The notes under the pieces: generated by a model
The model's database searches: none
The model's input: the letters and a program-made list of their open reading frames with translations, nothing else
Told to the model about the DNA's origin: nothing
Translations under genes and position numbers: made by a program
In this document: piece after piece, positions 39,715 through 51,490 of the stretch
How the letters are laid out: every line of letters starts with the position of its first letter
How positions within the stretch are numbered: position 1 is the first letter of the stretch
Source of the DNA: an uncultured Chroococcidiopsis sp.
GTDB lineage: Bacteria > Cyanobacteriota > Cyanobacteriia > Cyanobacteriales > Chroococcidiopsidaceae
Reading direction: 5' to 3'
NCBI GenBank assembly: GCA_964248365.1
Contig: CAXTYC010000023.1
Coordinates: forward strand, 1 to 64,000
DNA length: 64,000 nucleotides

Positions 39715-41784
39715 TTAATGATGACCGTTGCCGTTGCCATTACTGCCCATTGTCTTCACTCGCTCTGCCAGTTTGTCAGGCACTTCTTGCAGATGGTGAT
39801 ATTGCCATTGGAAAGAACCAACTCCCAGGGTAAGCGAGCGCAGCTCTACAATAAAGCTTTGCATCTCGGCTTGGGGTAAATAAGCTGTGAGTTTGTCCCA
39901 ACCAGACCAGTCATCTCTACCCTCATAGCCCAAGATTTGCCCCCGTCGTCCACTCACCAGTTGCATCACCTTAGAAGTAAATTCGCTGGGTGTTGCAACT
40001 TCAATAGCGGCGATTGGTTCTAACAATGTGGGTTCACATTGATTCATCCCCGTTTGCATAGCAATTCGAGCCGCCTGCTTAAATGCTTGCTCGGAACTAT
40101 CTACCGTGTGGTATGAACCATTTGTCAAAGTTACCGCCACATCCACAACTGGAAAACCCAAAGGACCATGTGCTAGAGACTCCCTGACACCCATTTCCAC
40201 ACCAGGGATATACTGTCTGGGCACTGCACCACCTACAATCGTTTCTCCGAAGTTAAAGCCTGATCCACGAGGAAGCGGCTTAATTTCCAGGTAAACATCC
40301 CCAAACTGTCCGTGTCCTCCAGATTGATGCTTGTAACGCCCGTGAACCGATGCGGCAGGTTTGCGAATAGTTTCTTTGTAAGGTACTTGTGGCAGGTGAG
40401 TCGTCATCGGCAAGTTATATTTCCGCCGTAGTCGGTCTAAGGCGACTTGCAGATGTATCTCCCCTTGACCCCAAAGGATAACTTCGTGGGTGTCGCCGTG
40501 TTGCTCCCAATGTAGGGATGGATCTTCTTCTAAGAGCTTGGTTAGCGCTCCACTTAGCTTAACTTCGTCGTTACGCTTTTGGGGAGCGATCGCCAAGGCA
40601 TAAACTGGCATCAATTGCTCAGCCTTGGGTAATTCTGTCTTTAATTGCCCATTTGACGAGAGCGTATCACCTGTTTTGATGCCCTCTAAGCGGCTCAAAG
40701 CAATAATTTCACCAGTTTGGGCTTCATTTATTGGTAACTGCTGCTGCCCCATTAAGCGATAAATACCGCCAGTGCGTACGCCGTTGAGGATAGCTCCGTC
40801 GGTTAACTTACCTTGCCAAACTCGTACCAGGGAGATTTTCCCACCTTGAGGAGTGTAATAAGTTTTCAGCACTTGCCCTAAAGGTGCATCAGGATGGAGA
40901 ACAATTCCCCGCCGCTGTGCCGTAGTTTCTGGTTCAGGAGCTTCTCGCAGTAGCGCTTCTAAAAGTGGTCGCACTCCAAAATCTTGTTCTGCTACACCAC
41001 AGAAGACAGGAACAACCAAATCTGCTCCCAATTCGAGTTTCAAATCTTGCAGGATTTCTTCTTGGGGTGGATTAATTTCTTCTAAAAGTTCTTCCAATAA
41101 GTGATCGTCAAAGTTGGCTAATTCTTCCAGCATTTCTGCTCGTGCGGCTTGCTCTTGTTCCTTTAGGGTGTCTGGGAACCCAATCGGATCGGCTGGAGCG
41201 CCTGGGTGATATTGATAAGCTTGTTCACTCACTAGGTCAATATAACCAGTCAGCTGTTCATCCTGAATAATTGGATATTGGTGCGGTACTAGAGGACGAC
41301 TAGAAACAGACTTGAGGGCGTGCAACATTTCGATAAAGTTGTTGCTTACCCGATCCATTTTGTTGATAAATACTAGGTGGGGAATTTCCCAGTCATCGAG
41401 GAATTTAAATAGGGGTGCGAGGGTGAGAACTCGTTGGCGAAGTACGCCATCCGAGGCATCGTTAACTGGTTCGCAGACGACAACCGCTGCATCTACACCC
41501 ATTAAAGCGTTATAAGTTTCTTGGGCGAATTCGACTGAGCCTGGGCAGTCGATAAATGTGAAGCGCACACTATCATACTGGGTGCTAGCTGCGCTCACTT
41601 CTACACTCATATGGCGATCGCGCGCTTCTGTTGCACTGTCTCCTACGGTATTGCCGTCTTTGACACTACCTTTGCGAGAAATCGCCCCTGTGACGTACAA
41701 CAAACTTTCGAGTAACGTTGTTTTGCCACTTAAATAGGGACCTACAATGGCAACATTGCGCGCGCTTCTCACTTTTTCGTTCAT
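39715..41784 (-). CDS. Elongation factor G paralog (EF-G2-like)
   Basis: GPYLSGKTT, DCPG, NKMD, GQGEIHL, HQSGGHGQFG and YHTVDSS; the G1/effector regions diverge from canonical FusA. Confidence 0.92.
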   Translation of the reverse strand: MNEKVRSARNVAIVGPYLSGKTTLLESLLYVTGAISRKGSVKDGNTVGDSATEARDRHMSVEVSAASTQYDSVRFTFIDCPGSVEFAQETYNALMGVDAAVVVCEPVNDASDGVLRQRVLTLAPLFKFLDDWEIPHLVFINKMDRVSNNFIEMLHALKSVSSRPLVPHQYPIIQDEQLTGYIDLVSEQAYQYHPGAPADPIGFPDTLKEQEQAARAEMLEELANFDDHLLEELLEEINPPQEEILQDLKLELGADLVVPVFCGVAEQDFGVRPLLEALLREAPEPETTAQRRGIVLHPDAPLGQVLKTYYTPQGGKISLVRVWQGKLTDGAILNGVRTGGIYRLMGQQQLPINEAQTGEIIALSRLEGIKTGDTLSSNGQLKTELPKAEQLMPVYALAIAPQKRNDEVKLSGALTKLLEEDPSLHWEQHGDTHEVILWGQGEIHLQVALDRLRRKYNLPMTTHLPQVPYKETIRKPAASVHGRYKHQSGGHGQFGDVYLEIKPLPRGSGFNFGETIVGGAVPRQYIPGVEMGVRESLAHGPLGFPVVDVAVTLTNGSYHTVDSSEQAFKQAARIAMQTGMNQCEPTLLEPIAAIEVATPSEFTSKVMQLVSGRRGQILGYEGRDDWSGWDKLTAYLPQAEMQSFIVELRSLTLGVGSFQWQYHHLQEVPDKLAERVKTMGSNGNGNGHH

Positions 41785-42437
41785 ATAACCTCCTAGGCGG
41801 TTTTCCTTTGCCGGACCCGCATCTTTGTGAGTTGACGATGGATAATGTTGTAGAGAATTATCTCGTCTTTAATCTGACCTTATCTTGTATTTAATCCTAT
41901 TAATAAAAATCGTAGTGTCTTGTAAGATTTAAATTAATTAGTATTAATTCAAATAAATTTTTGTACAAATATTTTTAGTTTTATAAAGAGAAGGAACGTT
42001 AATCCCTTATCGTCCACCAATTGCATACTGTGGTTGGCGATGGAAGCTAATTGCCAGGTGAAGCACGATCAATGCTTTCACTTTCTTAAGAAATTATATA
42101 GTTTTTTTTGTTTCTCGCAATAGACTTGGACACTGCACAGGAAGGGTTTCCCGACAGGAGGCAAAGTGTCCGCGTATACTGCACTCGCTCCAAGCCGCAG
42201 GCTAGACGCGATCGTTCGGACGCAAAAAGTCTCGCGCAGATCTCCTTATGCAATACGTCTAGTGTCTAGGTTAAAGCAACAATTTTGAGCTTTAATGGTA
42301 GCTGATGAGCTTTGAGATTCAAGTATTCTTTTAATTAAAAGCTAATAGCTAGTAGCTTTAAAGAAAAAGGTTTTATTTTAAAAGGGGAAGCAGGTAAGTT
42401 CCCTTGCTTCCCCTTTTAGAACTGTTCAATTCGTCGA

Positions 42438-43430
42438 TTAGTCTTTTTTGGCGGGGGGTTCTTTTTCCCGCAACAGTTCGGCTGCGGTTCGCAGTAAATC
42501 GCTTAAGATATTGCGAAGTTGTCGCTCTTTCTTGCCTAGAGCTTCCCCAGCTTCTCGTAGCCTTTCTTCTAATTGTAGTTGCGATCGCTTTTGTTCAGCT
42601 TGATCAACTTCTGTTTCAGCTTTGGTACGAGTTCGGTTATACCAGTTTTTTGCTTCCTCTAGATTTTCCTTAATTTCCTCATATCGTCCTCCATATCTTG
42701 CAGCCAAGTTAGCTCTTAGAATTGCTGCTTGTGCTTGCAGTTGGGCATAGCGTTTTTTGAGTAAAGCAAACTCTTCGCTGTTTTTGAAGTTATTGATCGC
42801 AGATGCAATTGATTCTTTGATATTTGGGGAAGATTCTTTACCCGCCTCTTCCACATCAATTAGCAATCTGTCAATTTCTTTTTGCAGTTCCTCTTCTTCA
42901 TTGTCTATTTGTGCCTGTAGCTGCTTAACTTCTGCCTGATTTTTGGCAATAGCTTGCCGTCTTATGCTACTAAAGCCTTCGATCACACCCTCAATCGCAG
43001 CTGTAATTTCTTCTTTGATTTCGCTACCTTTTTCTTGCAAACTTTCACTTACCGCACCTACAGTATCTTTAACAATTGTGCGAATGTCGTTGGAGCCTGC
43101 TTTTAATTCTGTAGCTACTTGGGATTTTGTTTGAGATATGGCACTTTGCACAATCTCTCTGATGCGTTCAGATCTTAGCTGCCCTGCTGTTTTAGCTTGC
43201 TGTAGCTCTGATTTGATTTGTTCCCTAATTTGCTCTACAAAGAGTTGATCCTTTGAGCTTGCGGACACAACAGGTCGCCCAGCAAAGTCCTCAAAATTTT
43301 CGTAGTCTTTTGGATCGATGCTGGAGTCATCCTGGTAGGGGCTGGAGGTTTGATCATGATTGATTAATCCTGGCTTACCCTCAGCCAATTTCTCCATGAT
43401 TTTTTGTTTTTCTTCGTTACTCAGAGTCAT
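42438..43430 (-). CDS. Hypothetical highly charged coiled-coil protein
   Basis: 330-aa E/K/Q/A-rich helical ORF with an RBS-like GGAG upstream. Confidence 0.75.
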   Translation of the reverse strand: MTLSNEEKQKIMEKLAEGKPGLINHDQTSSPYQDDSSIDPKDYENFEDFAGRPVVSASSKDQLFVEQIREQIKSELQQAKTAGQLRSERIREIVQSAISQTKSQVATELKAGSNDIRTIVKDTVGAVSESLQEKGSEIKEEITAAIEGVIEGFSSIRRQAIAKNQAEVKQLQAQIDNEEEELQKEIDRLLIDVEEAGKESSPNIKESIASAINNFKNSEEFALLKKRYAQLQAQAAILRANLAARYGGRYEEIKENLEEAKNWYNRTRTKAETEVDQAEQKRSQLQLEERLREAGEALGKKERQLRNILSDLLRTAAELLREKEPPAKKD

Positions 43431-44023
43431 GTTACCTTTCTCCTGATTCTAAGTAAAATTGTTAAACGCTAGAAGGAATTGATATTTGAGCCTGTAGATT
43501 ATTGTGAATTAATTACCCGTTTGACTAATAACTATTTTTTGAATATTTTTACTAATTTTTAGGGTAAGTTTACATCTCTATATAAAAAGTTTACATACTA
43601 AATTAATTCAACCACCTCTGTCTGACGACTGAGGTTTAGTTGAGAGAAGATAGCGGTAACTGGGTCAAGTGAATTGGGTGATTTCTTACGGTAGCTTGAG
43701 ACAAAATTCAAAAAGGGGTGGGGTTTGTGCTACCTGCTAGAGGGAATTAGAGTCAGGTATGGCATAAAAAGTAGTATTGCCTTCTTCGATAGTGAAGTGT
43801 TAGCTATATAAACTTAGAAACTGAATTGGACGACTTGGAGGCGGATAAAAATCACCTAGCTAACCTTTGTATGACCAGACAGCGCAACACCAGAGGAGAG
43901 ATACCGATTGAATAAAGGGGAAGGGGCGCTTAAACTGACGGATTAGAACCGTTGACCATCATAATATCAACAGGGATAATTTCAGCTTGCCAAGAATTGT
44001 AAAAGAGGAGGCATTAAGCGTCA

Positions 44024-44266
44024 ATGCGTTGTACTATTTCAAGTCGTGCTGGTCAAGTCTTAGCTAATGGCTATTTGTTCATCCAAAAAGATGAGAATGG
44101 TGAACTACGCTTAAACTTGCGTACAGATAGAGGTAAGTTAATTCAAGGTGGAATTATTGACACTGATGGAGATTTAACCGCAGCCAGTCAAGTATTATTC
44201 CGTGCCTTGTATGAAACTTGGGGAATGAGCGATATTACCCTCAGTGCGATCGCCTCTTATAAGTGA
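44024..44266 (+). CDS. Small hypothetical protein
   Basis: 80-aa ORF with a strong RBS (GAGGAGG) upstream. Confidence 0.7.
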   Translation: MRCTISSRAGQVLANGYLFIQKDENGELRLNLRTDRGKLIQGGIIDTDGDLTAASQVLFRALYETWGMSDITLSAIASYK

Positions 44267-44462
44267 GTATAGCTTGGGGTTTTAACCCCAGTGGTAGGCT
44301 GTTCTGCGGCTTAGTATATTCTTTGCCTCAGATCTTAATAAGATACCTCAAGCACCTAACGCCACGTACTCGTAGTAAGTGGCTAGTAAGGTAATAATTG
44401 GCGCATTTTTGCAATCCCCTAGATCCTCTCGCTTCCTCTAGCTATAGCGCCTCTAGCTCTCG

Positions 44463-45173
44463 CTAATCGTGAATCGTGCCATCGGGCATAATTGCCCCAG
44501 TCAATTTTGCTCCGGTGAGTTTAACCATGATCCGGTTTTGCGATCCTACCTTGGCTCCCCTTAAATCAGCTCCGCTTAAATCGGCTCCACTTAAATCAGC
44601 ACCAATTAAGTTTGTTTCCTGCAAATTAGCCCCACTGAGATTTGATTGCAGCAGGTTAGCTCTAAATAGATTTGCTCGATACAGATTCGCGCCTTGTAGA
44701 TTGACCTTATGTAGAAATGCATCACTCAGGTCAGCGTTACTCAAGTTAGCACTGCTGAGGTTTCTGCCTGACAAGTCTTTTTCTTTTAGGTGCGCTCCTC
44801 TGAGATCGGCTCCACTCAAATCCGAATAGGGTTTTTTAGCTTGATGGTGAGATTGTTGAGAGCCAGAGCCAGAGGCAGAGTAATAGTTTGGTCGGGGTGG
44901 CTTTTCTTGATGGTGTGGGGGTGTTGATTTTGACTGGGCTGGCGTTGTGGTATGTTGCTTATGAACACGCGATTTTATTGACCGCAAGTGGTCACGAGCG
45001 TGATTTATTTCCTTGAGTTTTTCCTGAGCCTTCTGCTGGAGTCGTTGATTATCGGAAGGAATGCGATCGGGATGCCAAATAAAAGCCAAGTCCTTGTAAG
45101 CCTGGTTTATTTCCTCAAGGGAAGCTCCTGGCTCTAACCCAAGCGCTCTGTAGTAATGGTCAAGATTATGCAT
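44463..45173 (-). CDS. J-domain + pentapeptide-repeat protein
   Basis: YYRALGL..WHPDR J-domain and A(D/N)LxG pentapeptide repeats; ATG 45173 preferred. Confidence 0.92.
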   Translation of the reverse strand: MHNLDHYYRALGLEPGASLEEINQAYKDLAFIWHPDRIPSDNQRLQQKAQEKLKEINHARDHLRSIKSRVHKQHTTTPAQSKSTPPHHQEKPPRPNYYSASGSGSQQSHHQAKKPYSDLSGADLRGAHLKEKDLSGRNLSSANLSNADLSDAFLHKVNLQGANLYRANLFRANLLQSNLSGANLQETNLIGADLSGADLSGADLRGAKVGSQNRIMVKLTGAKLTGAIMPDGTIHD

Positions 45174-45389
45174 CACTACTGATGTACCGTTTTTAGCTTC
45201 ATCATAGCGAAGTTTGTTACCCAATTATGTTAGTGGCTGCTTTTGGGCGTGGCGGATGCGCCTGGGAAGTAATGGGGGCGTTAACAACAGTACTTAGGAG
45301 CGTTGGAAATTATATTCTTTTTGTGGTTCGCCATGTTGTTTTTGCAGTTAATTAAAAGCTAAAAGCTAAAAGCTAATAGCTAATAGCTT

Positions 45390-46037
45390 TTATGCCATTT
45401 GGTTTTCAATTGCCCAACGTGCTAGTTCTGTACGGTTATTAAGTCCAGTTTTACCTAACATATTAGAAACATGACTTTCTACCGTGCGCTGACTCACATT
45501 CAGTTCTTGAGCAATATCGCGGTTAGCCAAACCTCTTGCCACAAATTGCACTACTTTCAGTTCCGTTTGCGTCAGATGCACATCGAAAGGAACCTGAATT
45601 TTCGTCTCGTTTTCGCCGCCACCTCCTGTCTGTTGTCTTTGACGGTATGCCTGCTTTAGCGAAGCTTCCACTTGAGCCACTAATTCTTCTGGCTCAAATG
45701 GTTTAACCATATAAACATCTGCACCAATGTTAAGACCCTTAATTTTGTCCCCGCTTTGACCCTTGGCGGAAAGGAATAAAATTGGAATCCAACTAGTGCG
45801 TTCGTCTTGCCGAACTTGATTGACAAACGAATAGCCGTCCATTTCCGGCATCATCACGTCGCAGATGATCATGTCTGGAATTTCCTGCTCTAAGACTTCT
45901 AGAGCTTCCCGTCCATTTTCAGCCGTGATGACTTCATAGCCTCGGAATTCTAAGTAATCCTTGACGAGCAAAATGAGGTTAGGGTCATCATCAATCAACA
46001 GCAGTCGTTTATGCTCTTTTACGCTGGTTTCTTTCAT
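45390..46037 (-). CDS. NarL/LuxR-family response regulator
   Basis: LIDDD, CDVMMPEMDG, KPF, and LuxR HTH GLANRDIA..SQRTVESHVSN. Confidence 0.95.
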   Translation of the reverse strand: MKETSVKEHKRLLLIDDDPNLILLVKDYLEFRGYEVITAENGREALEVLEQEIPDMIICDVMMPEMDGYSFVNQVRQDERTSWIPILFLSAKGQSGDKIKGLNIGADVYMVKPFEPEELVAQVEASLKQAYRQRQQTGGGGENETKIQVPFDVHLTQTELKVVQFVARGLANRDIAQELNVSQRTVESHVSNMLGKTGLNNRTELARWAIENQMA

Positions 46038-46393
46038 GCTGTGCTATTCGTCACGCTTGAAACAGTCAATTCCAATAGTTTTTTCGGGGTTTTTTTTGTT
46101 TAATGGCATTCTACTGAATTTGTTGTTACTTCTTTCTAGTAGAGAAGCCATTCTTAATCTTCTGTAGAAGATGTTGAGTTGTTCCCTCCATACGGCAACC
46201 GCGTTTATTATCAGTCAAAGTACGGAGACCTTTAGTAAACCTTAGACAGTATAACTGAGGCGCTATCATTATATATTCATTTTTAAAGTATTGGGTTTAA
46301 AAACTGATACAATCACCTTAAAAATACCTAACTTTATACCCAAGAGGATGTAAAAGCTAACGCCAGCAATACCTATAGCTTTGGGTTGACAAA

Positions 46394-46426
46394 CTTACCT
46401 GTGGGGTTGATACCTGCCATAGGTAA
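46394..46426 (-). terminator. Hairpin downstream of the ferredoxin gene
   Basis: TTACCTGTGG..CCATAGGTAA inverted repeat. Confidence 0.4.
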
Positions 46427-46457
46427 TTAGACTGAAAAAATAGTATCGGATGAAGCC

Positions 46458-46931
46458 TTATTGTGCATTGCCAGAAGGAGCGATCGCACCAGGTGCAGGT
46501 TGGGGCAAAGGATGAATCAAGAATGCGTATGACTGCACGACTTGATTGCCGATTAGATGTTCTTGAATAATTCGCTCAATTACTTCAGGCGTTGCCATCC
46601 GATACCAAACGCCATCAGGATAAACAACTAAGATTGGTCCAGAGGAACAAACTCGCAAACAATTAGCTTTAGTGCGAAAAATGCAACTGGGGCGATCGCT
46701 CGTTGGTTTGTCGAGTTTTAACTGTTTCAGGCGCTTTTTCAGATATTCCCAAGATTCTAGACTGGCTGCCGAGGAGCAGCATTGAGGTAGGGTTGGATCG
46801 GCACAAATAAATATATGTCGCTCAATTTGGGGTAATCCCAAAGCATGGACACAAGCGGACATTGCATCTGTATCTTTTGCCTGACAAGTTTCAACTTCTT
46901 CCTTATTCGATTGGATTGTATCTTCCGTCAT
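46458..46931 (-). CDS. Thioredoxin-like [2Fe-2S] ferredoxin
   Basis: [24 protein letters not shown] and IIQEHL. Confidence 0.9.
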   Translation of the reverse strand: MTEDTIQSNKEEVETCQAKDTDAMSACVHALGLPQIERHIFICADPTLPQCCSSAASLESWEYLKKRLKQLKLDKPTSDRPSCIFRTKANCLRVCSSGPILVVYPDGVWYRMATPEVIERIIQEHLIGNQVVQSYAFLIHPLPQPAPGAIAPSGNAQ

Positions 46932-47000
46932 TGTTACTCTCTAATTTAACTGCCTAAAACTATTGTCACCCCTAGCTGTACCCTTGCACCCTCTGCATTT

Positions 47001-47030
47001 CCTAGCCCCTAGCCCCCAGCCCCAGTCCCT
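47001..47030. repeat. STRR heptamer array
   Basis: CCTAGCC/CCCAGCC/CCCAGTC tandem units. Confidence 0.75.
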
Positions 47031-47035
47031 CATGA

Positions 47036-47051
47036 GTTCGGAAACCCGTAC
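47036..47051 (+). promoter_or_regulatory. K-box upstream of groESL
   Basis: GTTCGG-AAAC-CCGTAC matches the cyanobacterial K-box consensus GTTCGG-NNAN-CCNNAC. Confidence 0.85.
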
Positions 47052-47090
47052 AACCCCTTTTGTTGCGATCGCATCTGGCTAGAGGCTAAA

Positions 47091-47117
47091 TTAGCACTCA
47101 GGAGTCGAGAGTGCTAA
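47091..47117 (+). promoter_or_regulatory. CIRCE element (HrcA operator)
   Basis: Exact TTAGCACTC-N9-GAGTGCTAA, 18 bp before the groES start. Confidence 0.97.
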
Positions 47118-47135
47118 CAAGCGAGAAATTTTTGT

Positions 47136-47447
47136 ATGGCAGCAGTATCTCTAAGCGTATCTACAGTTAAACCTTTAGCCGATCGCGTTTTTGTAAAAGT
47201 CAGCGCCTCGGAAGAGAAAACCGCTGGTGGTCTTTATTTGCCAGACACCGCGAAAGAAAAGCCTCAAGTCGGTGAAGTAGTAGCTTTAGGACCTGGCAGA
47301 CGCAACGATGATGGTTCTCGTCAGGAAATGGAAATCAAAGTCGGAGACAAAGTTCTCTATTCCAAATATGCTGGAACCGACATCAAACTAGGCACAGAAG
47401 AATACGTTCTGTTGTCGGAAAAAGACATTCTGGCAGTAGTTAGCTAA
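47136..47447 (+). CDS. groES: Co-chaperonin GroES
   Basis: [22 protein letters not shown] and [12 protein letters not shown]. Confidence 0.98.
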   Translation: MAAVSLSVSTVKPLADRVFVKVSASEEKTAGGLYLPDTAKEKPQVGEVVALGPGRRNDDGSRQEMEIKVGDKVLYSKYAGTDIKLGTEEYVLLSEKDILAVVS

Positions 47448-47468
47448 TGGGTAATGGGGAACGCGCAG

Positions 47469-47580
47469 TTACCAACTACCAACTACCAACTACCGTACGG
47501 GCGGGTTTATCAGACATACTTGTGAACCTTCAAATAACTGGTTTAAAGTCGCCCCTACCAAGTACCAACTACCAATTACC
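47469..47580. repeat. (TACCAAC)n STRR with a nested REP-like palindrome
   Basis: Heptamer array interrupted by GTACGGGCGGGTTTA..TAAAGTCGCCCCTAC (47495-47558). Confidence 0.8.
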
Positions 47581-47590
47581 AAAATCTTAG

Positions 47591-49237
<1,647 letters not shown>

Positions 49238-49243
49238 TTATGT

Positions 49244-49268
49244 GTATGGTGGGCAATGCCCACCCTAC
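49244..49268. repeat. Short REP-like palindrome
   Basis: GTATGGTGGGCA-A-TGCCCACCCTAC. Confidence 0.65.
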
Positions 49269-49274
49269 AATTAT

Positions 49275-49309
49275 CAGCTGCTTCCTTTGTGGGAGCGGCT
49301 GTTTTTTTT
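49275..49309 (+). terminator. groESL intrinsic terminator
   Basis: CAGCTGCTTCC-loop-GGGAGCGGCTG followed by a T8 run. Confidence 0.85.
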
Positions 49310-49396
49310 ACGAACCGCCAACACGTGCGTGTAGCGCCAGCGTTTAGACGCAAAGAGCGCGAAGGAGGAAATTGCTAAGTGAAGAGGCAGGGTTTA

Positions 49397-49747
49397 TTAA
49401 GAATTAGTGAGAATTTTATTTGCTCTGTACCCACATACTGGGCAAGGACTCACCCAGCGATAACCTTTTGGCGTTGCGGGGTGAATTCTGTTATCTGTAG
49501 GACAATATTTATGGTAAAGCCAGCACTCAAGTCCATAAGCTTCATGAACTGTATCGCAGTGAATAAAAATATAATAAGGGTATTCTCTATTCTTTATTCT
49601 TTTTCTTAAACTCCTATCAGATCTACCCACATAGAGAACAGGATTGTTCAGCGCTTTCAAAAAAAGATATACACCAGGTTTATCTGTAACATCAGTATGT
49701 TGCTCAAGTTGATTTAATTGCCTTACTTCAGAATATTTATATACCAC
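49397..49747 (-). CDS. Small GIY-YIG-nuclease-like protein
   Basis: PGVYLF..VLYVGRS..LRKRI, a downstream E (LECWLY) and C-terminal CPVC; AT-rich. Confidence 0.65.
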   Translation of the reverse strand: MVYKYSEVRQLNQLEQHTDVTDKPGVYLFLKALNNPVLYVGRSDRSLRKRIKNREYPYYIFIHCDTVHEAYGLECWLYHKYCPTDNRIHPATPKGYRWVSPCPVCGYRANKILTNS

Positions 49748-49911
49748 TAAAATTTATCCATCTGCCTTATTCAATTAGTTAGTGTATCTAAGCAATTAGA
49801 TAATTTTTACTGTAATTCCACCTATTTATTCTTTCAGTTTCAACTTAATTGCGTTGTTGTACTGATACATACAAAAATAGATTTCATTTTGACAAATGCG
49901 ATCGCACCCAA

Positions 49912-50035
49912 TCAATAAGAACGGTTAATAAAGTCTTCTGGATCAATGCCAGCTTGCGTTAATATCGCACCTAATGTTCCTGGCATATCACTAGTATGAA
50001 ATCTCTCGATAACTAAATCCTGCTAACCTACCCAT
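49912..50035 (-). pseudogene. hicA: HicA-family toxin remnant (internal deletion)
   Basis: MGRLAGFSYREI is joined almost directly to DMPGTLGAILTQAGIDPEDF; the central GSH-containing segment is missing. Confidence 0.75.
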
Positions 50036-50042
50036 TAGTTAA

Positions 50043-50274
50043 CTACTGACCTACAACTAAGGGGTATTCAAATTGCTCAGCTATTGGTTGCAAGTAATCG
50101 GTTTCGTTACGCTGGCGAACGTGCTTCTAATAGTTTAGGTGCTACATCACGAGCAATTTCCAAAGTTTCAGCAATCGTCCGTCCTTGTGCGACTAACCCT
50201 GGAAGTTCCTCAGAAGTTGCTAAATAAACTCCTTCTGGTAGTTTCTCAATGTGTATGTTGACAATTTTTTCCAC
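50043..50274 (-). pseudogene. hicB: HicB-family antitoxin, frameshifted near the 3' end
   Basis: GTG start gives EKIVNIHIEKLPEGVYLATSEELPGLVAQGRTIAETLEIARDVA, stop at 50109-50107. The tail DYLQPIAEQFEYPLVVGQ* is in another frame. Confidence 0.75.
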
Positions 50275-50512
50275 TATTATTCTTCCTAGTTGCGACTATA
50301 TTACCTCATTAAACAAACTAGCTCTCTAGCTTTGAATATTTTTATTATGATGATGTTATTATCAAGTTCAACATGATACCTTTGATATCATGAGGTAATT
50401 TTTATGATTTTTGTGATATAATATGGCTAATAAATGTAATTATTACAGTTTTCATAAAAGAGAGCATTGAATTTTAATTCAATGCTTTGGTCAAAAATCA
50501 ATAGGGCTTGAT

Positions 50513-50761
50513 TTAGTAGTAGTCTGTTTCTGGTTGTGTTTGCGCTATAGCAAAGTTAAATGGATCGTACAGGAAGCGAGTTGCTTCTTCCTCTAAACGG
50601 TGGATTAGATACGGTTCGATCGCGTTTCCCTGGCGCAGAGCAGCCAAGTAACCGTCTAAATACAGTCGCAGATCGTCAGTGCGATGTCCTCGATTCCACA
50701 TATCGACTAGGGAGTCGGTTAGTTTTTGGTAGTAGCGTATGGTCTGAGTGTCCTGTAGCAT
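50513..50761 (-). CDS. Conserved cyanobacterial hypothetical protein (DUF6761-like)
   Basis: MLQDTQTIRYYQKLTD..LYLDGYLAALR..IHRLEEE. Confidence 0.8.
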   Translation of the reverse strand: MLQDTQTIRYYQKLTDSLVDMWNRGHRTDDLRLYLDGYLAALRQGNAIEPYLIHRLEEEATRFLYDPFNFAIAQTQPETDYY

Positions 50762-51490
50762 AACACAAACGTGAAGTATAAAATGTGAGTTTTTTAAGTT
50801 GTGAGTTTTCTATTATGAAGTATCTAGCGTGAGTTTAGGCTTGAGATTTCAATTAGAAATCTTTAATATAGGACGGGTGGCAGTTAGGTTAGGCAAATAC
50901 TTAGCTACTGTGCGATCGCCTGTTATTTTCTTTCATCTTACCTTCAACTAAATACCCACCTGCATGGATCTAATGGGCGATTTTTGCTGATACCTGGGTG
51001 GAGCTTGACTGGATCTGTATTTAAAGGAAAATACTGTGATTTTTTCCGCAATATAGTGTTTCTTGTTTCACTTAATAGCTATTTAGTCAACTATTCCTTT
51101 TTGTCCCTGCTACCTTAATTAATCAGCCTATCAGTTTAAAATTCCAGCCAGCGATCAGTCTTGAGAGTGAAAATCATCAACTTATTCCTAGAACAACTCA
51201 GTTAATTCTCCCTTGAAGATAAATTAATTATCAATATTTATTAAGTATAGTTGAAAAAAATAACGTATGCTTGAATTTGCTTTTGATGTTTAAAGGTTGT
51301 AGGCACAAAAGACCATTTGGTTTGATGGCAGATAGAAATAGAATTGCCCAAACTTCCTACTGGTAAGCTTTTCCCAATCTTTAAATCTAAAATATATGGT
51401 TTCCAAAATGGTATGAGGTAGCAGCTGCTACAAAAGCCAACTGCAAGCTTTGTTACTTTGAGATGCAAGTAAGCAAAGGATCTTGCCAGG

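Noticed and set aside
39715..41784. EF-G paralog as a tetracycline ribosomal-protection or novel factor
   Set aside because: It retains EF-G domain IV motifs and fits the widespread EF-G2-like paralogs; ordinary.
43700..44020. Possible riboswitch upstream of the 80-aa ORF (GGAGAG-containing purine-rich tract)
   Set aside because: I could not build the conserved core of a glycine, cobalamin or other known riboswitch; an Rfam scan would be needed.
44476..44829. Repetitive 117-aa plus-strand ORF (APLKS repeats)
   Set aside because: It is the antisense shadow of the pentapeptide-repeat gene.
37714..47580. Tandem short repeats as a possible CRISPR array
   Set aside because: The units are 7-9 bp STRRs without unique spacers, and no cas genes are present.
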